This document shows positions 14,901 to 27,830 of a DNA stretch of 64,000 bases, in pieces; the first letter of the stretch is position 1; the number at the start of each line of letters is the position of its first letter. The position numbers and the translations under genes were made by a program. Source of the DNA: Saccostrea cucullata (Eukaryota); assembly GCF_032062105.1 (NCBI RefSeq), contig NW_026920581.1, positions 992,001 through 1,056,000 on the forward strand. The letters are read 5' to 3'. The notes beneath the pieces were generated by a model. That model saw only the letters and a program-made list of their open reading frames with translations, ran no database searches and was not told the DNA's origin.

Positions 14901-17900
14901 TGTCTGTCATTATGACCATTACCTGACTGTATTCATTATGACCTTTACCTGGCTGTATGTTATTATGACCATTACCTGGCTGTATGTCAATATGACCATT
15001 ACCTGAATGTGTGTCATTATGACCATTACCTGGCTGTCTGTCATTATGACCATTACCTGACTGTGTGTCATTATGGCCATTACCTAGCTGTGTGTCATTA
15101 TGACCATTACCTGGCTGTGTGTCATTATGACCATTACCTGGCTGTGTGTCATTATGACCATTACCTGGCTGTGTGTCATTATGACCATTACCTGGCTGTA
15201 TGTCATTATGGCCATTACCTGGCTGTGTGTCATTATGACCATTACCTGGCTGTGTGTCATTATGACCATTACCTGGCTGTGTGTCATTATGACCATTACC
15301 TGACTGTATTCATTATGACCATTACCTGGCTGTGTGTCATTATAACTATTACCTGACTGTATGTCATTATAACTATCACCTGGCTGTATGTCAATATGAA
15401 CATTACCTGGCTGTGTGTCATTATGACCATTACCTGGCTGTGTGTCATTATGAACATTACCTGGCTGTGTGTCATTACAGTAAAACTCGTTTAGTACGAA
15501 CACGGATATAGCGAATTCACGGTTATAGCGAAGTTTTTATGGGTCCCTGGCGAAATTCTGAACAAATCTTTGTAAAATTTTACGGTTATAACGAACTCTG
15601 ATATAACGAATTTACGGATATAGCAAACTGATTTTGAGTCCCGTTGAAGTTAAATATATTGAAATTAACATCTTTTATAAAGAACTTTCAAAGATCTCAA
15701 AAGTTGATAAATTAAACTGACGTTATTTTCTTCTAGCATTTGTATATAAAATTCAATTTATAATAAAACATTATTTATCGAATGTATGTTTTGTAATATT
15801 TGCTTCGCATACATATTTGGTACTTAATACTTGAAGGAAAACATGCATATTGCGATTTCGCTACATTTGGTTATACGAATACGTTATACGGATATAACGA
15901 ATTACGGGTATAACGAATTAAATTCACAAGTCCCCATGACTTCACTATAACCGAGTTTTACTGTATGACCATTACCTGGCTGTGTGTCATTATGACCATT
16001 GCCTGGCTGTGTGTCATTATGACCTTTACCTGGCTGTATGTCATTATGACCATTACCTGGCTGTGGCCACTACCAGATGACCCGGCTCTGCTGTCTTTAG
16101 GTGACCCGTGGACCTCCTGATTAGATGAGTGTAGTGGGAGGCGGTAGTTTGTGGCGGCCAGTCGCCGCGAGGCTGCCTGCTCCTCCCGCCACCTCTTCCA
16201 GTAGTTTCTGTTACAGAAAGAAGAGAAATCAAGTTTGAACTACCTAAGTTTACTGGAAACTTTAAACTTATATGGCTGATAGTACCCATGTTTGAAAAGG
16301 GCTGGGTGGGGGGCTATGTTGGTCAATTGATTTTGTCACTTTGTCACTAGATAGATTAGAACAGTGCTAATTAATGATAATGCTCCCTCAGTAATAATAC
16401 TTAGTATCTGATGACTTTTTTTAGCAAGGAATTTCTGTTTAGTAATGTTTAACCCAAGATAAAACTAGAGGTACTGTGAGCAATGATATCCCTGCCTCCC
16501 ATATGATTATAATGGAAAAGTCCATGTTTTCCTGTAGCCAGGAAACCCAAAATATGTGTCGGATCAAAAAGTAAAATAGGAGGTGCACAATGGCAATAAT
16601 ATGTAATAAAGATTCTGTAAAAGTTTCATTAAATGTCACTCAGTGGTATAAGAGTGGCGGATAAGAGATGGGTACCCCAAAGCGTAACAGACAGACGAAC
16701 GGACAGACATACCAATTACAGTATATCCTCCCACTTTTCAAGCAGGGGAAAAATCTTATAATGAAACTTCCTTTCGCCCCCGTTTTATTTTTGCTTCGCC
16801 CTACCCACATTTGGGCGAATTTCTTACAGTATAAGTAAACAAAACACATAAAACGGGGTGAAATCGTTTGCAAGTGTGAAAGGGCGAAAATAAGACGGTG
16901 CGAAAATAACCCTGTATACAGTAGGTGAAACCTTGCTGCATAACCACTTGTTTTTGACTTTATTGATGAATATAATTGTATTTTATTAAGTGATGTCTTT
17001 TCTAATTTATTATTTTGATTGTAGAGATGTCATTGAACTACAACCCATTGTTTTTCCCTTCTCCAATGAGATTGAACACATTTATTTTCGCATTTTACAA
17101 AAATCATCATCATTTGCTGATTATAATACATTTGGATGCAAAAACATTTGGTCGTTTTCAGTTACAAAACACACAGTTTTAAGTTTCATTTAAAATCATG
17201 GAGAAATCATTAATTTCCAGTAAAATTCTACCACAACCATGACATGGTCTCTGATTATAAATAAATTATTTATTTATTCATTTATTTATCATTTATTTAT
17301 TTGCAAATGAACTCTAACAATGGAATGAAAAAAAAACAACTAATTAATGAAAAATTGCAATTGATCTTTTAGCCAATAAAAAATATATTTTCCATGGTTT
17401 TCCAATTTAATTATATTTATTAGGTACTTTAAAGTTTGTCTTAATTAACAGATGTACATGTATATCGCAAAGAGGATAATTGATTAAATTAGAACATCAG
17501 ACGAATTGTGATACTGTAGTTTCACAAAGACCAAAACTCTGTCTGGCAAAAGTACCAGGTATTTCATTATAATAAAAGTGACCTTTTTTGTTATTATCTT
17601 ATGAAGAATCAATTGAATGTTTAATTATTAAATTAATTTTCATAATATATTTTTCATAACTTGATAATCTAGGTTAAAATAATTAATTTTTTTAAAAGTT
17701 GTTTTCATATGGACTCTTATAGTAAACAAATTGCAATTTAAAGGGTCAAGGATAGCACATATAATGATAAATGGTTGGAGGAAACATATTGTTATTATAT
17801 CAACATTTAAACATGCAATTGAAGTCTAGACAAAATATGACTTTTTTAAAATTAAGTACTTAATTAAAAACCAACAATTTTGAGGTCACATAATTTATCA

Positions 17901-18873
17901 AGAACCATTTTTCTTTCCTTACCTCACCCTTATAATTCCTGCAATCAGAAAAAATGTTCCAATGATGGATGCACAGGTTGCTATGACTACCATCTGAGTA
18001 TAACTCAACCCTGAAAAAATCATCAAAAACTGGATGTATTACATTCCTGCAAATTTTGGAAAAAAAAATCATTTTTAAGTTTCTGCAAAAACTTTTGTTA
18101 AATATGTTTGAACCACAAAAATGCCTGTACATGTATATATAGCTGTTATTGTATTTATTAATATAAGCACTATATTTCCAATATTCTTTGTGGACTCTAA
18201 AGTGATAAATACAAACTTAATTGACATACTGCATTTTGATTTCCCTACATATCTATGCAAATCTCCTAAATGCCTCAAAACATTGGGAGCAAAATATTTA
18301 AATTCATTTTACAGAAAGGGGATTTCTTTGTAGCTCTGCTAATCTTTGCTACAAACCTCCTGAATCCTCCCCCTGAGCGTGTTTACTGGGTGGATCCACC
18401 ACTGTACTAACATTATGAGCATCTGTCTGATTCTGAGACTGAAGCTGTTCCATGGCCTCCACCTGTCTGGAATATGTCGCCATATTGTGACAGTTGTTAG
18501 TCACTGTTGTGTTTTGATCCACACCTGATGATTGTGAACTTACAATGAAATCTAATGACACTGAAATCCTTTGTGAGGAACCTGAATTATCACTCTGGTA
18601 TACAGTCCGTGTAAGAGTTTCTAGAATAAAGCAAAAATTGGAATTGGCAGAAAAAATGCCAAGTTCCTTTAGGACAAGCCCCAGCCTGTTGTATATTTGA
18701 CAGTTATTCTGGAGACTGGCAGACACATTGACAGTGTCTTTGTGTGTGTGGTCAGGATCGCTGGGGAGAGGTGGTAGTAGGGGGCCACAAGAACTAGTCT
18801 GTGCTGCTGGAACTGAAGTGGTCTCAAAGATGTTTGTCAGTAGTATCCATATTATGGACCAGAGAACACGCAT
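8980..18873 (-). CDS. Uncharacterised type-I single-pass membrane protein (~538 aa): signal peptide, Cys/N-glycosylated ectodomain, TM helix, long low-complexity cytoplasmic tail
   Basis: Coding exons (minus) 18873-18357, 18010-17923, 16207-16057, 11898-11713 and 9654-8980 splice with GT-AG and compatible phases (1,2,0,0). Signal peptide MRVLWSIIWILLTNIFETTS; TM segment MVVIATCASIIGTFFLIAGII followed by basic RVRNYWKRWR. Confidence 0.8.
10573..11127. mobile_element. MITE-like (possibly Crypton-type) element with terminal and internal inverted repeats
   Basis: 12-bp terminal IR ATAAAGAACTAT/ATAGTTCTTTAT, subterminal TTTGCCCCC/GGGGGCAAA, and a perfect internal 20-bp IR GAGCGCATGTGTGTTCAGGA (~10790) / TCCTGAACACACATGCGCTC (~10868). 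A matching end fragment recurs at ~28125-28175. Confidence 0.45.
11200..11665 (-). mobile_element. Degenerate HINE-like element (reverse orientation)
   Basis: Degenerate ~160-bp tandem units with TGACCTTGA..TCAAGGTCA motifs, followed by (CAGA)n and an ATACCCCC..GGGGGTAT hairpin. Confidence 0.45.
13416..16065 (-). repeat. 27-bp minisatellite (~80 copies) identical to the exon/intron junction of the membrane-protein gene; interrupted by a MITE
   Basis: Unit on minus strand is CACAGCCAG|GTAATGGTCATAATGACA, with occasional 26-bp variants. The first unit overlaps the true end of exon 16207-16057. Confidence 0.95.
15478..15963. mobile_element. Tc1/mariner-pogo-type MITE (486 bp) with TA target-site duplication
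   Basis: TIR CAGTAAAACTCG...CGAGTTTTACTG flanked by TA (15476-77 and 15964-65). Removing it restores the minisatellite unit GTCATTATGACC. Internal GGATATAACGAA-type subterminal repeats. Confidence 0.9.
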
Positions 18874-18925
18874 TTCAACTGGAATACATAAAAAAATTAT
18901 TTTAATGACATAAAATTAATTTGTA

Positions 18926-20470
18926 ACAGACAATGAGACAGATGGATAAGAGACAATAAAAAAGAGATAATGAGACAGATGGATAACATACAATGAGACA
19001 GATGGATAACATATGATGAGACAGATGGATAACAGACAATGAAACAGATGGATAACAGACAATGAGACAGATGAATATCAAACAATGAGACAGATGGATA
19101 AGAGACAATGAGACGGATTGATAAGAGACAGTGAGATAGATGGATAACAGACAATGAGACAGATGGATAACAGACAATGAAACAGACGGATAAGAGACAA
19201 TGAGATAGATGGATAACAGACATTGAGACAGATAGATAAGAGACAATGAGATAGATGGATGAGAGACAATGAGACAGATGGATAACAGACAATGAGACAG
19301 ATGGATAAGAGACATTGAGACAGATGGATAAGATACAATGAGACAGACAGATGGATAAAAGACAATCAGACACACAGATATCAAACAATGAGACAGATGG
19401 ATAAGAGACAATATATTAGAGATGGATATCAAACAATAAGACAGATGGATAAGAGACAATGAGACAGATGGATAAGAGACAATGAGACAGATGGATAAGA
19501 GATAATGAGACAGATGGATAAGAGACAATGAGACAGATGGATAACAGACAATGAGACAGATGGATAACAGACAATGAGACAGATGGATAACAGAGAATGA
19601 GACAGGTGGATAAGAGACAATGAGACAGATGGATATCAGACAATGAGACAGATGGATAAGAGACAATGAGACAGATGGATAACAGACAATGAGACAGATG
19701 GATATCAGACAATGAGACAGATGGATAAGAGACAATGAGACAGATGGATAAGAGACAATGAGACAGATGGATAAGAGACAATGAGACAGATGGATAAGAG
19801 ACAATGAGACAGATGGATAAGAGACAATGAGACAGATGGATAACAGACAATGAGACAGGTGGATAAGAGACAATGAGACAGATGGATAACAGACAATGAG
19901 ACAGATGGATATCAGACAATGAGACAGATGGATAACAGACAATGAGACAGATGGATAAGAGACAATGAGACAGATGGATAAGAGACAATGAGACAGATGG
20001 ATAATAGACAATGAGACAGATGGATAAGAGACAATGAGACAGATGGATAAGAGACAATGAGACAGGTGGATAACAGACAATGAGACAGATGGATAAGAGA
20101 CAATGAGACAGATGGATAAGAGACAATGAGACAGATGGATAACAGACAATGAGACAGATGGATAAGAGACAATGAGACAGATGGATAAGAGACAATGAGA
20201 CAGATGGATAACAGACAATGAGACAGATGGATAACAGACAATGAGACAGATGGATAACAGACAATGAGACAGATGGATAACAGACAATGAGACAGATGGA
20301 TAACAGACAATGAGACAGATGGATAACAGACAATGAGACAGATGGATAACAGACAATGAGACAGATGGATAACAGACAATGAGACAGATGGGTAACAGAC
20401 AATGAGACAGGTGGATAAGAGACAGACAGATGGATATCAAACAATGAGACAGATGGATAGCAGACGGTCA
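18926..20470 (+). repeat. 23-bp purine-rich minisatellite (ACAATGAGACAGATGGATAA[C/G]AG)n, ~65 copies, in a 5'UTR intron
   Basis: Directly visible tandem array with degenerate edges. Confidence 0.95.
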
Positions 20471-20768
20471 GATGGATAACAATGAAACAGATGGATGATG
20501 GATTAGACAATTAGACATAATGATGGATAATAGATAATGATGCAACATAATAAAGTAATTGAAGAAATTATATTTTGAAATCATAATCCACAAAGAGAGA
20601 TAATGTGCAGACACAATACTTTAATGAGCTTCTCTAATCAAATATGATTTGTATTGTATTTTTAGAATAGTATTTTTCTCATTTTTTTTTTAGAAAATAT
20701 CACAGTTAATCAGTCTGACCAATGTAAATCTATTATAAATGATTATTAGATGATTAAAAAAAACTTAC

Positions 20769-20884
20769 CAAAGTTTAGTGATAAAAAGTCTGCAGCCTCA
20801 ATTGGAAAGTTACACTAATAGAGCAGTCTTAGTCCTATGTGTACGGCAAAACAACATATACTAGAGAGCTGAAGTCGACTGACT
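20769..20884 (-). other. Putative non-coding 5'UTR exon of the membrane-protein gene
   Basis: Minus-strand acceptor TTTTTATTTCAG| and donor TTG|GTAAGT; would splice to the acceptor at 18878, 5 nt before the ATG. Confidence 0.5.
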
Positions 20885-22876
20885 CTGAAATAAAAATGAA
20901 GAGTACCGACTGTCTAGGAATATAAAATATTCATGAGAACTATTCTTATATCTGCAGAAAGAATTAAGTTCCACTTTCCGAGGTAGATCAATGATTATAT
21001 GAGTACAGGTGGAAAATAACCAATATATATCTTTTTGTCATGCAGCTTTCTCTTATCACCTTGACAACCAATTTACTGAGCTGTAATACATAGAAGTCTG
21101 TGTACATATTAAATATTTTATTACATGTGAAATTGCTTTTGTGAATCTTGCAGGCATCCGTTACACTATTGGAGAATCCTTTTGTTTAGTCAATATTGGT
21201 AATTGTTCAAGTTTCTTTTGATTTTACAACACGTATACAGAAAACTGAGATAAATAATTGATGGCTCTGTCTCATCCATATCCATTTTCTAAATAGAGAC
21301 AGCAAAGAGATATGCAAAATTAAATGTATAAGTTTTGGGACTGGGGCATTTATGGCTATTGGGTACGATGGCTGAAAAAAAATCAATGCATGAAGAAGAT
21401 TGATAACCAATGTGATACATTTCCTTAAAAACTGCTAATTTTCATGAATTATGATCTCTGTGTGAGAGCAATATCAGATCATATTTGAGTGGAATTGTGT
21501 AAAAAATTTCACTCCAGCTGTTAATTCAATGGAATTCTATTTCTACCTTTTACCTCGTTTGCATGATATCAATTTATTGAATACATTTTAAGCTGCATGA
21601 ATTCATACTTAGAGGGAAATAATAATGACAAAATAGTAGATACAGGGTATATATTTTCCTCTACTGAAATTGTTCAATTTACTACCAAAGGACCAAAGGA
21701 AAAGGACCATTAGCAAAAAAAAAATGTTGGCAGCAAAAACATGCAAAAACAAAGCAAAAGTCATCATATATATTGTTTTAAATTTAAGATTGATATTGGA
21801 GCTGGATTTTGTCTTCCCAGTGAGAATTTGAAGAATCATTTGGAGAGGTTGCCTAAAGATAAAGAATCAGACTATTTAACCTATATTGTGTGCACTTGAC
21901 AAGTAGACAGACAGAGAAACCTTTGAATTATTATTCAGATTGTATTCATTTTGAGTATTTTTGGTTATGACAAGTCACAGAAAAATCAATGTTTGATCAA
22001 GAAAGCCTTGAAATTGGAGACATCTTTGTAAGGAGATGCTTTCTCAAGATCTTGCTGTTATCCCTAAAATTTGGAATTGTAATCAATATAAGAAGTTTAC
22101 CAGGCCATTCTCAGATAAACTCATCGTGGACTTTTGACATCCATGCCAGATCTAAAAATTGAGTTCTTCATCATTCAAGTGCATGCCCACTTGCAATAAT
22201 GGGCTTGGTTTTTAAGGTCTGAATTAAAGACCCATGATCTGGAAATAGTAGCTGGCCATCAGGAACATTCACATCAAAATCTCAAGGACTGTCCTACATA
22301 TGTACCTGAGAGTCAAATTCACAACCTCAAAAATGAGAAGTGTTAATGAAAAAAGAGTTTTCAATTTAAGGAGGCTGGGGGGAACAAATTACCTATCAGA
22401 TATGACTTAATTTTTTAGATATGATATCTTAAGCCATCACCTAACATCGGTAAAGAAAAATTTCATACATTTTAGTTTTAGAATTTGATCATTTTTGTAT
22501 ATCACTATATATAGAGCTCTTAATATAAAGGAGACCAAAATATAAAGTCTGAAAATGGGTACATTTTGTAACCACCCAGCCCCTTTAAAGTCAGTTGGTA
22601 AAGGGTATAGTAATGCATAGTTTAAGCAATTATAATCTATGAAGAAATTATAATAATACTTAATCAAACCTCCATATCTCAAACTCAATAGGTCTGAGAA
22701 AATACTGAGATATCCAAGTGTTTGAGATATGGAGGGTAAAATACCAAGAAAGACGTGGTTAGGACTTCCAAGTCACTTGGACATATCCATGGTATTTGAG
22801 ATACTGCAGTTCAACTGTATTGACTTCTCTCTTTTTTTTTGAAAAAAAAATCATTTACATGTATTTATATCACACG

Positions 22877-23010
22877 TTGGGTGTGACTGGTTGGCATGGG
22901 ATGCTCACTCCTCCATGGCACCTGATCCCACTCCTGATGTTTCAGAGGCCTGTGTTTGCTCTGCTCCTAATTTGTATTGTTAATTGGACTTGTGAGCTTG
23001 AATACAGTTC
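22877..23010 (+). repeat. Fragment of a dispersed repeat (GGGTGTGACTGG..ACTCCTCC..GGCACCTGATCCCAC), possibly a retroelement 3' tail
   Basis: Related copies at ~25738-25850 (+), ~28480-28540 (-) and ~56325-56400 (+). The family assignment (Penelope-like tail) is from recollection only. Confidence 0.45.
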
Positions 23011-26000
23011 GTTTTCTCCATATATTTCATTTTAAAAAATCGTAATTTATCCCAATTGAGGGGACAATGACCTCAACTCTGAGTAATGAATCTATACTAC
23101 TACTTCTGCCCTTGGGCAACGCTGAATTTTTGCGGAAAATAGATTATGAATTGATTTATAGTTGTTTGTTTAACCCACCCTCCTGTCTATTCTAATGAGG
23201 ATTTTTTAATCAATCCTTTATAAGACACTTTATTAATTCCATAATCATGCACCTCTCCTATTTAATTCTTTAAGCTTCCCATATGCTTACTGGGCTATAA
23301 AGCTAATAGAATATATGAATTAGATATTTTTTATTATTAATCAATTGATCCATTCAAAATTTGAATCTAATATATCAGGGTCAAAGTCTAGACAAAATTG
23401 GATCAATTTTAAGCAAAATATAATTCATTGATAGGTACATACATTTTTTTTTAAAATACTGTCTTTTATGTCTGTAAGTAAATTATGAAATTAAATTTTC
23501 AATTGCAAATTTCTCCATACCATTTGTATGCATGTGCATTCAGCAATTCCCCTTGCAGTCAGTTAATTATAATCCCATAGCTATTATTCACAGCAACAAT
23601 TTCCAAATTGTTAAATTATTAGGTACTAATTAAGCCAAAATTAGTACATTCACACAATTAATACATGTATCTAAGTACATTTTGTCACTTACTGATATAA
23701 AAATCTCAGACTTACGGCATTATGGCATCATATAATTTTTTTTAATAATTAACCCGGCCTTTCTATAGCTGAATGTATTAGATTCCTGTGTTTATTAGGC
23801 CTTGAGCAGACATCAATATATTGTCACATATGTGAGGTCTAGAAATTGACAGTTTGTTCTTAATATAGATGTTTTTTCTCCGCTGCACAGATGGTAAAAC
23901 AAACAAACTCCAAGCCACAGAAACCCAAATCCCCAATCTCCCCACTCTGCTATGGAATATGAGATTATTACAAGATTACATCAATATTAAAACTATTTAC
24001 AAGCAAGACACCAGAAATCTTCTCTTTATATCATATATAAACACAATGTCAAAAAAGTGAGTCTTAGAGAAAAGTGAGAGCTATTTCTATAACAGATGGT
24101 CCATCCCCCAACATCAAAATAGAAAGCTGAGTTTCAGGAGTTAAAAAATAAACACCATGCAACACATTGGTGTTCTACGCAGCTTAAACAAACATCGCCC
24201 ACAGAATTTGTTTCTTTGTAAAGCTGGGTTAAAACAAGGTGTATCCAATTGTCAAATGATGTAGATATATACAGTGTTGAAAGTTCATTTCATAAAGGTA
24301 CATCTATTCAAATGTGAAGGTCTGGCAGGTTCAATCACTGGTAGCCAACAAAGATACTCAATTACATATCCATACAGTACAACAAGTTTGGCAAACATAC
24401 TACACTGATGCCCCCCCTTGTGAACTTCATAGTTTTTCGACTGTTAATTGGTACAGAAAACGTCAAGATCATGATATCAAAAATGTATGTGGTATCCAAA
24501 GGAAGGTCTTGCCACATGGAATATTACATGAAATATGAGTCATATTCTACACACCATTCAGAAGTTAATTATAGCAAAGGATAATGGTTTTTTTTTTCAA
24601 AAGAAGGTCCAATTCCAAGGTTGGCAATTAAAGATCATGAGGGCATCATGTTGGAACCTTAAAATGTTGGCCCTACAACTAGCGATTCAAAAGTTTTTGC
24701 CAAGGTTAAAGTTTTTGCAGACATACAGACAGACAGATGGACAGCCCAAAAAACTAAATTCCCCTCCCCCTGAATACAGAAAAAGCAAGTTTTTGGATAA
24801 AGCAAAGTTTGTTGGGGGGGGGGGGTGTCCCTATATATTCTTCTAATTCTTGTAAAGTGTTATATGTTATAACAAATTCTGTAATAATGGATTTACAAAT
24901 GTAACCAGTTTATTTCTTTTATACAGGATAAAAAGAATTAACTCTACATTTTTATAGCAAAACTATAAAGGTCTCAAAATTGAAAATATTATAAATTTGA
25001 ATTAGTCTTTTATATTCATATAAGTACATGTATTTATAACAAGATTTCGCAAGGTAGGTTTTGTATAATACTCAATACCTATATTCACTATACTACCTGA
25101 AATTGAGTATATAACCTGTACTTACAAAAATGACTAACAGGAGGTTCTAGTATATGTTCTACCAAGCCTTTTTTTCTAATCATGAAAATATAAACAGCAG
25201 TGAAGAACTGAGTTCAGAAGTGTTCAACAACATATTCAAGAAGCGATGTTAATTAATCTCTAAAGAACCTTTAGAAAATTTTAAATTGCAGACTTTTACC
25301 ATAATCAATAAGAATACAGCTTTTCAACCCTCCATATAATCATTCCCCATGATAAATCAAAGACCAGCCCTTTTGTCAACATATATAATTGATGGAACTC
25401 GTGAATTTACATACCCTGTCACTAGTGGTCTGAAAAAATTATTTTGTTTAAAAAATTCTCTGATTCTACACACAAGTATTTGTCAGGTAATGTTGATGAT
25501 AAAAAGATGCTTGAGTTTTCATTTACACTAAAAGAACATCTATGACATTTCTGGAGACCAGACCTACCTACATTCGGTTGTAATTCCCATGGGTATTAAT
25601 TGTGCCACCCAGCCATTATTAGCAGACCTGTTTTGTATTCTTATGTAGCAGAATTTATTCTTGAAGTTAGTCAAATATATCCACATTGCTTTGTCTAAGA
25701 ACGTTCTCATTTACTCAGTCTATCAAGGGGCACAATTTGGGTGTAACTGGTTGACAGGGGTACGTTTACTCCTCTTTGGCACCTGAATCTATAGGGGTCC
25801 ATGTTGGCTCCGGTCATGATTTGTATTGTTCAACTGGACTTTTGAGAATGTTCACATCATTCAGTGGGTTATATTCGTTATTCAAAAGAAGGAAAATGTT
25901 CCTATTGCAAATTTGCTCTCTATACTATTGCAAATTAGTTAAACTGATCAAATGAAATGAATTCAGGGTAAAGTGGGGTAAAGTTTCAGGTCCACAGCAG

Positions 26001-27422
26001 ATTGTAGAACATGGGGGCTTCTGTAATACTTCCTTTGTGACTGATTTGGTAGCTGGGTGTTTTGAAATCACTGTTTTCAATGTGAATTGAACCTATAACC
26101 CTCAGAATGAAATTTAATTACGGACTTTACCAACAGAGCTACATGGTTAACAAACCATACAGAACAAGAAACAGGGTGGCCTCACAAAAAACAACATGTA
26201 GCCATTTCAATAAAGTAAATCCATTCAAAAGTGAAATGCCTAATTAACTCCCAGTTTGCTCTCTGGAGAGTTAATTTACATAATTAAATCAGAAACCCAT
26301 GGCTCTATAGTATAGGGTAGTCTTTTTTTCTGCATTAGATCAAACTGTGTAAGCTCTCTTAATTGGTCTGAAATCCTTGCTATTTCAGCGTGCTGTACCA
26401 GGAATACTATAAGTCAATTTCATCTCGACAATAATCAAGCACGCATCAGTCGTGACAGCTACTCTAAAATTGCTGTGTTCTGAAAAAGTCACAGCCACTG
26501 TGGGGATGTGATTAAGTGACAAACTCAGTGTTTAACTGTATGTGACAATGTTTTATAGAATATGTAGATTTTGTTGTTTCAAGGAATATATTACTGAAAT
26601 CTATGTCACCTGCAAAAGCAATTAAGGACAAAATGAAAGAAACAAAACCATGGAGTTGTCACCAAATGAAACAAGATCAATTATGAATGTAACTTCTCCT
26701 CTGCTAAAATAAGGATAAAAACAATTTGAAGTCTTTTGTTTTTTTTAATATGTGCTTTCAAAGTTATAATTTAATTAACAAACCCTTTTATTCATAAACT
26801 CCTAAAACAATTTGACAAACAAAATTCTCTTACAGAGAGAAGGCAATACCTTTTCCCAACTTTTACGTATACATTTCTTTTTTTTAATTGCAGGACTTTG
26901 CAAGTGTTCAAGTTCCCAGCAACAAAATTTGGGGGTGGGGAGGGGATGGCATGGGGCGGGGGGGAGACCAGCATCTAATTTAAACGTACATTCAAGACTT
27001 TAAACTTTAGCAAAAGAATATATTTTCTTCGAGAAAGTGCTAGCTTTTACAATTAGATGGATATATATATGTTCTTTTACTCAGGGGATAGAAAAAATCT
27101 TCATTTCTCTATTTCTTGCATGAAAACATACAATGCAAGATTATGTGGTTGGAAAAAACAACAATACACTAAGCCTTGTAAACAATAAGCTTTTATCAGT
27201 TTACGTTCTTTGGAGGGGGTGGGTTATCTTCTCTTTGATCTACCTACTTGATGACTTCATTGTTTATGTAATTTTTTGGATTTTCTCCTCAAACAAACAG
27301 CTCTTTTTATATGCGCTGGCAGCAGCTTATGATAAAAATTTGGACATTATTAGCTTGAGCTCTCCAGATGGTCTATATACAGTTTATCAAGTTTGCTTTT
27401 CATTATATACATAAAATTGACC

Positions 27423-27830
27423 TCCACCATAAATTTATGCAAAGTCACTCATGCGGAAAAATGTAGGTCAAGATGACCTAATTCTGGTACAGGCGTTTGT
27501 GGTTACCCATGATGTATCCACTGACAAATCTATCATGCCACTATAAGTTATAGTTGCTGAGATACACCATAAATTTATGCAAAGTCACTCATGCGGAAAA
27601 ATGTAGGTCAAGATGACCTAATTCTGGTACAGGCGTTTGTGGTTACCCATGATGTATCCACTGACTAACTATCATGCCACTATAAGTTATAGTTGCTGAA
27701 ATATGAACCTCCATTATCAATTTAACCAAAGTCATTCATGCAGAAAAATGTAGGTCAAAATGACCTAATTCTGGTACTGATGTTGTTGGTTACTTATAAC
27801 CTGTACAATGACAAATCATCATGCCATTTC
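27423..27830 (+). repeat. ~141-bp tandem repeat, 3 copies (HINE internal-array type)
   Basis: CCATAAATTTATGCAAAGTCACTCATGCGGAAAAATGTAGGTCAAGATGACCTAATTCTGGTAC recurs at ~27427 and ~27567, and diverged at ~27711. Confidence 0.85.

Noticed and set aside
13490-15503. Many ORFs (CHYDHYLAV, MTITWLCVI and VMVIMTHSQ repeats)
   Set aside because: These are translations of the 27-bp intronic minisatellite, open in several frames on both strands and broken by 26-bp variants.
13416-16065. CRISPR-like array
   Set aside because: Units are head-to-tail with no unique spacers, the context is eukaryotic, and no cas genes are present.
18897-20510. 512-aa and 364-aa minus-strand ORFs
   Set aside because: Artefacts of a stop-free 23-bp minisatellite read through all three frames.
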